Virus record (IMG/VR): IMGVR_UViG_3300050821_013430
Location: 372,001 to 436,000 of that record
Length of the DNA stretch: 64,000 bases
Direction: 5' to 3' (one strand)
The position numbers and the translations under genes were made by a program. This document shows positions 49,703 to 57,239 of this stretch, one piece after another. A model generated the notes under the pieces. The model did no database searches. It was not told the DNA's origin and saw only the letters and a list, made by a program, of their open reading frames with translations. Numbering within the stretch: the first letter of the stretch is position 1; each line of letters starts with the position of its first letter.

Positions 49703-50369
49703 CCCACCTCCTCCTCTTCCTCCTCACACTCGTCTTTGTCCTCTGCCATCATGCCCGACATATAGGCGACCGTGCGCCTGTCCTCGCACTCCGCCCACAC
49801 TTCCGCCATTTCCCGACGTTGATCCCTGGGAGCCTTCATTGTCATACCTCCTCACAACCTGCCATACCATATGATAGGCTGTGAGGAACTATCCCACATG
49901 CTGCCCCAAACGCAGAAAACACGAATCCCCAGAAAGGAGCCTTGTGGCCCCTTTCCAGGGTGAATGTAGGTGGATGCCCTACTTGACTCGTTCCGCCTCA
50001 CCTTGTGGGATGTCCTGCACCCCGAAGCGCTGCTGTAGGGTCATTGTCCCCATAGCGCCCAGGTTGTAGTCAAAGGTGACCACGGTGTGGGTTCCTTCCC
50101 GCTTGACTACGGTAACCTCCCACACTTGGCCATACTTGACCGAAAGGTGGGCGCGGATGGTAGGCGAGATGTCGTTCATTGTCCTACCTACCACGCCACC
50201 GCGACCAGACAAGCCACCACGTAGGCCAGTGCCGCACCATAGGCGATGATGTTGTTCATTGTGTGTCTTCTCCCTTCGTGTCGGTTGGGAAACTACAACG
50301 GCCCCAAACCTCCCGTGTATGGGAAGTTAGGGGCCGGAGGGTAGTTCTCCTACCTTGTAGGCTGGGAAC

Positions 50370-50885
50370 CTACTTCGCCGCGGGGGGAGTCACCTTGACG
50401 CAAAGCGTCTTGGATGCGTCCGCAAGGCGCGTCACGACGAAACCGAGTTCCTTACAGCGGATCGCGACTTGCTCGATCGCCATTCCGCTCTCGAATGCCT
50501 CGGAAAGCGCCGAACACGGCACGTTGTACGACCCGGGGAAACCGCCGAGCGAGGCACGCAAGCCAGCGGAAAGCCCGTTGTACTCGGCGCGGCGCGTCTC
50601 GTACTCTTCCGCATACGGCCCCATGAGATTCGCCAGATCCGCGCGAATCTGTTTCTCGGCCTCGCGCTTCCGCTCGGTCGCCATGAACGAAAGCGACTTG
50701 ATCACGCGATCGTTGACGGTACGGATCGTGTCGGGAGTCAGCACCTTGTCGCCGAGAGCCTTGCCGTTGGGCCAGGCATTGGCGAAGATTGCGTGCAAGG
50801 TCGACAGTGCCTCGGTCGCCGCGCTCTCTTCCGTCTCGGAAAGGACCAGAACCTTGTTACTCGTGTCGCTGGGAATCATGGCCAT
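50370..50885 (-). CDS. hypothetical protein, first gene of the leftward region (GC-rich)
   Basis: CAGGAG SD; downstream of a TTGCGC-17-TAGGTT promoter. Confidence 0.7.
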   Translation of the reverse strand: MAMIPSDTSNKVLVLSETEESAATEALSTLHAIFANAWPNGKALGDKVLTPDTIRTVNDRVIKSLSFMATERKREAEKQIRADLANLMGPYAEEYETRRAEYNGLSAGLRASLGGFPGSYNVPCSALSEAFESGMAIEQVAIRCKELGFVVTRLADASKTLCVKVTPPAAK

Positions 50886-50948
50886 GATGACGTATCTCCT
50901 GTTATGTCCCATGTGGGACGGTTGGGTTACTACTGAACGCTACTGCTA

Positions 50949-51091
50949 CGTAGCGGTTAGAACCTAAGGCGCCGCGAAGCACCGCGCAACGTGGCATACT
51001 ACTTGCCTTAGATGCTAACCGCTACGGGAAACGATGTAGGGGGAACCTATACAGTGTGGCTCGACTCCTTACATCGTTTCCGTATCCTGGT
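50949..51091. repeat. two tandem long inverted repeats
   Basis: CGTAGCGGTTAG...CTAACCGCTACG (12 plus 7 bp) and GGAAACGATGTA...TACATCGTTTCC (12 bp). Confidence 0.8.
50957..50989 (-). promoter_or_regulatory. sigma70-type promoter (-35/-10 at 50984-89 and 50961-66)
   Basis: TTGCGC-17 bp-TAGGTT. Confidence 0.5.
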
Positions 51092-51569
51092 AGGATGCTA
51101 TCTCTACCTGATAGTCCAGTGTCGTTTTCTCCCTATGTTTTCGGGGGGTTAGGAAGGACGGGACACGTAACGAGTATCCGACCTAACACTAGACAGGATG
51201 ACCTGGCCCTACTCTAGCCTACCTTGTGGCAGACCACGCACCCACTATGTGGGACATCTTCCGCCTCCGCTTTCATCGCCCCACCTTGCACCCCTTACGG
51301 GGTATGCATGTAAGACGCTAGGACGTTTGGCGCCGATGTAGGACTATTAGGTTGTCAGGGAGCAGAGGTCATCCAACATCCTACCTTGTCCCACGTTGCG
51401 ACCACGGATGTAGCGCGCGGTGCGGGAGGGTAGGTTGCGGGAGAGGACCACGATACAGACATAGATAGCACGTGCTATGCCAAGAGAGGGTAGAGGCTAA
51501 CTATGCGGAATCATTGGAGAGGCACCTGATGTAGGGCAAGGTGGGATGGGGGCGGGAGCCCAGGGTACG

Positions 51570-51601
51570 ATGTAGGTATTGGGCTAAGTAGGCGGAATCA
51601 T
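51570..51601. repeat. 32-bp exact direct repeat, copy 2
   Basis: Identical to 39811-39842; a degenerate third copy lies at 51495-51517. Confidence 0.95.
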
Positions 51602-51678
51602 TGGGGATAGGGTTGGGGTATGGGGCCCCCAGGGTGGGGGAGCCTACCCTCACCCCCAGGGTAGGGGTCTTGCCTACC

Positions 51679-52049
51679 TGGTACAGTTGTTGTATGGGAT
51701 AGAAGCATGCCAAGCCTAGAGGGTAGGGGGAGGTAGGACAGGGCGGGGATGGCCGGTATCTTGCACCGGATAAACTCATGCCAAGGGTGCCGTGTAGTAC
51801 AAGGTGGGAGATGTAGGGCAAGGTCGGGCGGTGCAAAACCCATGCCAAGTGGTAGGATAAGGTGGTTTGGGGCCGGTTGGCATTGAAACTGCAAGGGAAA
51901 GGAACATGCCAAGGGCTTTTGGTAGGAAGTTGTAGGAGATGGTAGGTTTCTCGAGGAATGGCATAGGTATTGCAGGGGAAAGAAGGATACCAGCAGAAAG
52001 GTGGGATATTGTAGTTGGTATGGGGATTGCAAGGACAAGAAGCATGCCA
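51679..52049 (+). repeat. array of 34-bp units with sigma54 -24/-12 geometry
   Basis: TGGY-N8-TG(C/T)A-N11-(C/G)AT(G/A)CCA at 51679, 51750, 51878, 51959 and 52016; partial unit ending 51847. Confidence 0.8.
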
Positions 52050-52465
52050 TAGGGGGCTGGAGCCCCCGTTTCCTGGGAGGTAGGCCAGGGTGGGGCGGTG
52101 TGGGCCTCCCAAACAGGGGTAAAACACTCTTCCGCCCGCCTTCAACACTAATCCCTCCCATTCAATCAAACCCTGCTCGACACTAATCTGACTATCCTAT
52201 CCGCCCCACCAATCCTACCATTCCTAAACACCCCTCAATCTATTCCACCTTACCTTACTGCCCGAAACTACTCCTCCTATAAGGCCCTAGGAAGCGTCGC
52301 ACCTTAGAACGTAGGGGGATGTCAATCTCAGTCGAAAGCGTCCTATAACTAAGCCTAGCCCCACTAATAGGCCATCTACCCACCACCGCCACTTCAAATC
52401 AGACCCCCTCAACCCTCAAAACCTGGATAATTCGCCGAACTGCAAAATTGACGCCGGAAACCGAA

Positions 52466-52482
52466 TGCAAGAATCGTGCCAA
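52466..52482 (-). promoter_or_regulatory. sigma54-type (-24/-12) site
   Basis: TTGGCACGATTCTTGCA, full consensus. Confidence 0.65.
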
Positions 52483-52500
52483 AATGTAAGCGTCAAATGA

Positions 52501-52749
52501 ATGGAATTAGATACTTCAACTCTTGGAGGTGCCATTCTTTGCGGTAAGGACAGCCCGACATCGGTATTGGCTGCTGCCGCGGGACTCCTGAACAAGAGGA
52601 AGACGACAGATGGGACAGCCTTTGGATTGAAAATCGTGCCAGGAGATCATGAGCGAGAGGATCCGCGTAAAATGGAGAGTGGGGCGAGAGCCCTAAACCT
52701 TATTAGGAGGAATAAGACGCTCGGAAAGGATCGTAATATCATCATCTGA
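52501..52749 (+). CDS. hypothetical protein
   Basis: First ORF right of the non-coding region. Confidence 0.45.
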   Translation: MELDTSTLGGAILCGKDSPTSVLAAAAGLLNKRKTTDGTAFGLKIVPGDHEREDPRKMESGARALNLIRRNKTLGKDRNIII

Positions 52750-52923
52750 AAACTCCTCATCACCCACAAACCAACTATATTCTCTCTCACGACCAACATA
52801 AACACCGTTCTCCCACCTATTACCTTCAATATAGGTATAAGAAGCGATGCGGGGCTCATATTTCTTATCCTTATCTTGAATCCAATAGTATCCTAATTCT
52901 CTAAGTGGCGTCTTGCTTCCCAT
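52693..52923 (-). CDS. hypothetical protein
   Basis: Start reset to MGSKTP (AAGGA SD). Confidence 0.45.
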   Translation of the reverse strand: MGSKTPLRELGYYWIQDKDKKYEPRIASYTYIEGNRWENGVYVGREREYSWFVGDEEFSDDDITILSERLIPPNKV

Positions 52924-52998
52924 ATGGTGTCCTTTGTTATTGACATGGTAAATCCAAGAGAATAAGAAGTCAAGAGGATAAAATGACATTGGGAAGAG

Positions 52999-53904
52999 AT
53001 GCTGAAAACTGGAATCATTACCGCCCCACCCGCTATGGTGAGAGACATCAGCGACTTCGTGGTAGGAGCTTATGCTACACGGATCCTGGAAAACTTTGAG
53101 GAGAAGAGATTCCCACGGAACAAAGAAAGTATGGCGATACGAACCGTGCTGGAAGCGTTGGCCGAACGAAGCGGCAAGAAAATGATCATCCACCAGATAG
53201 ACTTCGCCTACTACTTTGCGAAATTGAATTTTGATGATTGGGATGGGCCGGTGGGACCTGGGGAGAAGATAAAAGAAGTGCTAGGAGAGCACGGAGTAGT
53301 AGGAGTAAAGTGCTATGAAGTCTTCTACCCTACAATGGACAAACATCCACGACCGGGAGCTAATGCTCAATGGAGCTATAACTTCCAAATCACCACCTAT
53401 GCAGAATTGCCAATGGCTCAGAATCTGCAAGACTTTCGTCAATTGACCTTGGATTTGCAAGGGAAACAGAATGAGCTGAAGGTAACGGTGGCCCATGAAC
53501 TCATTCATATGGTCCAGTATATCATTCAGATAATGCGAGGATTGAAAGAGATAGGAGGACTACCTGCTGAGAAAGTCAGGCATTCGGCCCCTCCCTTGGT
53601 TGATCCGAGCATCCCTTATCACTTACGGGATGAAGAGTTTTACACCAGTTTGGCGGATACCATTGAAACCTTTATGGAGCATGTTCGGAATGTGCCGGTG
53701 GAATACCGGGAAATAGCACTGCGGAGCTTTTTGAACCTACCATTCGCGGCGAGCAGAGATGCTCGGAAGAATTTGGTTGTTAGCACTTTCTTCGAGAAGA
53801 TGCATAAGGATGATCCGAAAAGATGGGCGGAGTATGCCAAGAAGTTTGTGAAGCATTTGAGTCAGCATCCGGAAATCATGGGAATGGAAAGCGCTGCGGA
53901 ATAA
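52999..53904 (+). CDS. HEXXH zincin-like protein
   Basis: VAHELIHMVQY...EEF. Confidence 0.65.
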   Translation: MLKTGIITAPPAMVRDISDFVVGAYATRILENFEEKRFPRNKESMAIRTVLEALAERSGKKMIIHQIDFAYYFAKLNFDDWDGPVGPGEKIKEVLGEHGVVGVKCYEVFYPTMDKHPRPGANAQWSYNFQITTYAELPMAQNLQDFRQLTLDLQGKQNELKVTVAHELIHMVQYIIQIMRGLKEIGGLPAEKVRHSAPPLVDPSIPYHLRDEEFYTSLADTIETFMEHVRNVPVEYREIALRSFLNLPFAASRDARKNLVVSTFFEKMHKDDPKRWAEYAKKFVKHLSQHPEIMGMESAAE

Positions 53905-53987
53905 AGCATTACGCGCTGCATAAAAAGGCATCTCTTGTTTGAGGTCCTTAGAAACATCCCTCAAAATCTTCCAAAAAGGCTGCACAT

Positions 53988-54710
53988 ATGAATTTGTTGA
54001 AGGCTCTGTTGATTGCTTGTTTGTCGATTTTCAGTTTCGGTTGTGGTACCAGTATGCACGTCAGTGGGCAAGTTAGTGTGCCAAACTTGATGAGTAAGAC
54101 GGTAGTACTAACTACTTATGTGATGAATGAAGATGATGGTACCGCCTCAGTAAAACCATATTGCAGCGGAGTCTTTATTTCGGAACGGGAGATTTTGACA
54201 GCAAGACATTGCGCGGCAGCGATAGCAGAAAAGGATAACGTGGAAGAGTTGGATAAGCTTCCAATGCACTACACCTTAGCCTCCGAAGCGGTAGGCGTTG
54301 GCAAGGAGCCTGCTGCGATGCATTTGGCCTTCGTGGTCAAAGAAGATAAGGACAAAGATTTGGCACTACTGCTATTGCCGAAACAAGGGATTCCGGCTCA
54401 TGGAATTGCGCGAATCGCGGACGAGATGCCCGCACTGGGCGAAGCGGTGGAAGTTATTGGAACGCCCACGGGAAATTATTTTACTTTGAGCCACGGCTAT
54501 GTTGCGGCAGTCAGAGAAGACTATCATGATCGAAAAGGTACCTTTTTGCAAGTGAGTGGTAATGGCATCTACTTCGGCAACAGTGGCGGACCTGCTTACA
54601 ATGAAAAAGGTGAGCTGGTCGGGATTGCAGACTTTTTGAGTATGAGATTGCCCGGCAGCGTTTTCTTTGTGGCAGTACCGGAACTGAAAGAGTTTATCGA
54701 AGAAGTCTAA
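53988..54710 (+). CDS. trypsin-like (S1) serine protease lipoprotein
   Basis: SFG-C; LTARHC, DLALL and GNSGGP catalytic triad. Confidence 0.9.
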   Translation: MNLLKALLIACLSIFSFGCGTSMHVSGQVSVPNLMSKTVVLTTYVMNEDDGTASVKPYCSGVFISEREILTARHCAAAIAEKDNVEELDKLPMHYTLASEAVGVGKEPAAMHLAFVVKEDKDKDLALLLLPKQGIPAHGIARIADEMPALGEAVEVIGTPTGNYFTLSHGYVAAVREDYHDRKGTFLQVSGNGIYFGNSGGPAYNEKGELVGIADFLSMRLPGSVFFVAVPELKEFIEEV

Positions 54711-54726
54711 CGACTGCTTGTAAGCC

Positions 54727-55338
54727 ATGAAATTTTGGTTGTTGATAGACTTGTGCTTAGCCCTTCTTTGTGTGGGGTGCTATCATAACTTCTACCAATA
54801 CACCCGAGTTGCCCCAACAGAGATAAGTTGGCGGATTATTTCGGTCTATGTCGATCGTGGTTTTACGGAACAAGAAAAGATAGAAGTCGTCAATGCTATC
54901 ATGCAGTGGAATTATGTTCTCAATAACTACATCCAATTACGAATAGAATCCTTTGATGCAACCTTCGATGAGGATAGTGTTGCGGGAATACAAGAGAAGC
55001 GGGGATACATGTTCCGGAAAATTTCTGAGTCGGAAGCCTGCGCCTTGAAAGAATGCTCCGATGAAACCTTAGCCTTTGTTAATGGAATAGGAAGCAGAGG
55101 CGATACCGTTTATGTCATTGGCGGAAGAGAACGGGAAGAAAAACTAAGAGGCGTAGTAATGCATGAAATCGGGCACCTGATGGGCGTCAGACATATTGAA
55201 GGTACCTTGATGGACGAAAACTACGACCCCATTACCTTTCAATGCGTGGATCGAATTACCGAAAGGTGGGCAGCGTATCGACAAGGACTGGACCCCAATA
55301 AATTGAACTATTGTATCATTGGAGATGATCCGAACTAA
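54727..55338 (+). CDS. matrixin-like metalloprotease lipoprotein
   Basis: CVG-C; HEIGHLMGVRH; TLMD Met-turn. Confidence 0.85.
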   Translation: MKFWLLIDLCLALLCVGCYHNFYQYTRVAPTEISWRIISVYVDRGFTEQEKIEVVNAIMQWNYVLNNYIQLRIESFDATFDEDSVAGIQEKRGYMFRKISESEACALKECSDETLAFVNGIGSRGDTVYVIGGREREEKLRGVVMHEIGHLMGVRHIEGTLMDENYDPITFQCVDRITERWAAYRQGLDPNKLNYCIIGDDPN

Positions 55339-55982
55339 GTAGAACTGGAATCCGAATCATCGTAATAGGTGTCATAGATTTCTCTGGTTAGACCCATATC
55401 TAAAACTACCGGATGTTTTCCATTAGTTCCATAACTGGAAATCCGTGCCAAATCCCCCGGCAAAACCCTAAATGTCTTGCTGAGTCTTACAAGGTCTTGA
55501 TAGAGTTCAGTCTTAGCAATTCGCTCAAAATTGTTGGGTTTCTCGTGCTCGCCATTGGAAAGGTCTCTCAAACCATATCGAAGAGCGTCTCCGAACTGCT
55601 TGAAATCAATGCCGGTCATTTGCTCAAAATCCTTCTCATTGATCTTCTCTAAAAAAGGAGCCACCCGCCAGTAGCCCTGCTTGTCAGCAAAAATGGTAGG
55701 ATTGATATATTTGGATTTCATTCCAGGATCGGATTCCACCTTATTTTGGGCTAGGCCTTTTTTGTTCTTGGCCAGTTTTAGCACTTGACCGTCGGGAAGT
55801 TTATAGATGATACGGGCTGATCCAGAAGAGAGGTGCTCCGTATGCTTCTCAGCATATTCAATACGATCCTTGAAATGCTCTAACTGAGACAGTTGAGAAA
55901 GAATGGTTTTGGTATCTTCGACACTAACCTTGACCAATTGTTGGTAAAAAGTGGCTAACCGGGCAAGGGAGTTATAGTTCAT
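55335..55982 (-). CDS. protein-kinase-like fold protein
   Basis: SSGSARIIY Gly loop, VLK, GDL catalytic Asp, VVLDMG (DFG-like). Confidence 0.65.
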   Translation of the reverse strand: MNYNSLARLATFYQQLVKVSVEDTKTILSQLSQLEHFKDRIEYAEKHTEHLSSGSARIIYKLPDGQVLKLAKNKKGLAQNKVESDPGMKSKYINPTIFADKQGYWRVAPFLEKINEKDFEQMTGIDFKQFGDALRYGLRDLSNGEHEKPNNFERIAKTELYQDLVRLSKTFRVLPGDLARISSYGTNGKHPVVLDMGLTREIYDTYYDDSDSSST

Positions 55983-56098
55983 GATCTTTTGGACAAGAAA
56001 GTTATTCTGCTGCTAGCATTGTTACGACAGAAATTTGATATCCATTTGATATATCGAATTATTGCCCTTGATCTAGGCATGATCCATCATTCTCATAT

Positions 56099-57220
56099 AT
56101 GCAGCGAACAGTTTCCGTCCCAGTCAATGTCCCAACAGGCTTTCTTGATTACTTGAAGACCTGCTCGGTCATCTTCAATAGGCATATCGATTGGGCCTTC
56201 GAGAACTATACCTACAACAAGATCAAGGCCCACCAAGCCCTCTACTACCCTATTCGGGCAGAGTTCCCAGAGATACCTTCCTCGGTCTTGCAGGCTATCC
56301 GAGATACTGCTGTGGAGGCTGTAAAAGCCATCGACTTCAAGTTCAAGCCCACCAAGAAGCCCCATTCAGCAGTTAGATACAATGCTCGAACCATATCTCT
56401 TCGTGGCAATTTGCTCTCGTTCTCTTGGTCGGGCGATAGGATCAAGCAGTTAATCAAACTGCCTACTTTCTTCACCAATCGCTATAAGGACTGGAAGTTC
56501 CAATCAGCCACCATCGGCTATGACAAGCGGAAAGCCCAAGTCAGAGCCAACCTTACTTTTACTTACCCCACTCCTCCTATCGTTCAGACTGACAACTCTG
56601 ATCGAATAGTTGGGGCAGATCGAGGCTTGCACAACATCATCTCGCTGTCGGATGGTACTCTGTTCAATGCCTCTCGTGTTCGAGCCCAGAAACGCAAGTT
56701 CCTGTATGTAAAACGACAGCTCCAAGCAAAAGGCACTCGATCATCAAAGCGTCTCCTCAAAAAGAGATCAGGTCGAGAAATGCGGTTCAGCTCGGATGTC
56801 AATCATTGTCTATCCAAGAAGTTGGTCAATCTTCCGTATGATGTGTTCGTCCTCGAAAACCTTGCGGGTATCCGTAAACGAAACAAGGGTCGAAAACTCA
56901 ACGGCTGGCTGTCTAACTGGACATTCTTTCAGTTAGAGCAGTTCATCGGGTACAAGACAGAAGCACTTGGCAAGCAAGTAGTCAAGGTGGATGCCCGCTA
57001 TACCAGTCAGAAATGCTCAGACTGTGGGAATACAGACAAAGCAAGTAGGAAGGGCTCTCGATACTTATGCGTTGAATGTGGGCATGCGGAGCATGCCGAT
57101 ATCAACGCCGCTAAGAATATCAAGGCCAACTACACTCTCTCCTTGGCTGCAAAGAACAAGGAGCAGGCTCTCGTCAATGAGCCAAATGCCTCGGTCGCAA
57201 GATCAGAGGCAAGTTATTAG
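56099..57220 (+). CDS. tnpB: RNA-guided endonuclease TnpB
   Basis: VGADRG, LENL, YTSQKCSDC...CVEC, ADINAAKNI; catalytic D/E/D intact. Confidence 0.95.
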   Translation: MQRTVSVPVNVPTGFLDYLKTCSVIFNRHIDWAFENYTYNKIKAHQALYYPIRAEFPEIPSSVLQAIRDTAVEAVKAIDFKFKPTKKPHSAVRYNARTISLRGNLLSFSWSGDRIKQLIKLPTFFTNRYKDWKFQSATIGYDKRKAQVRANLTFTYPTPPIVQTDNSDRIVGADRGLHNIISLSDGTLFNASRVRAQKRKFLYVKRQLQAKGTRSSKRLLKKRSGREMRFSSDVNHCLSKKLVNLPYDVFVLENLAGIRKRNKGRKLNGWLSNWTFFQLEQFIGYKTEALGKQVVKVDARYTSQKCSDCGNTDKASRKGSRYLCVECGHAEHADINAAKNIKANYTLSLAAKNKEQALVNEPNASVARSEASY

Positions 57221-57239
57221 TTTTCTGATAACGCTTGAC
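57150..57239 (+). ncRNA. putative omegaRNA scaffold
   Basis: Overlaps the tnpB 3' end; terminal hairpin 57213-57232 then TTGAC; 5' boundary approximate. Confidence 0.5.

Larger units (their letters stand above)
56062..57239 (+). mobile_element. IS200/IS605-family TnpB-only element (left end approximate)
   Basis: tnpB followed by hairpin GTTATTAG-TTTT-CTGATAAC and a GCTTGAC end. Confidence 0.5.

Noticed and set aside
312-50967. Most plus-strand ORFs listed in the left 51 kb (e.g. 20824, 29327, 48124, 50179)
   Set aside because: They fully overlap well-coupled minus-strand genes, a typical antisense shadow in GC-rich DNA.
51679-52049. CRISPR array interpretation of the 34-bp units
   Set aside because: Unit and gap sizes are CRISPR-like, but the unit interiors vary widely, gaps range 23-47 nt, and no cas genes are present. 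Conservation follows -24/-12 geometry instead.
51501-52169. ORFs 51501-52169, 51598-52161 and 51776-52045
   Set aside because: Pro/Leu-rich translations of the C-rich repeat strand, with no RBS or domain motifs; treated as non-coding.
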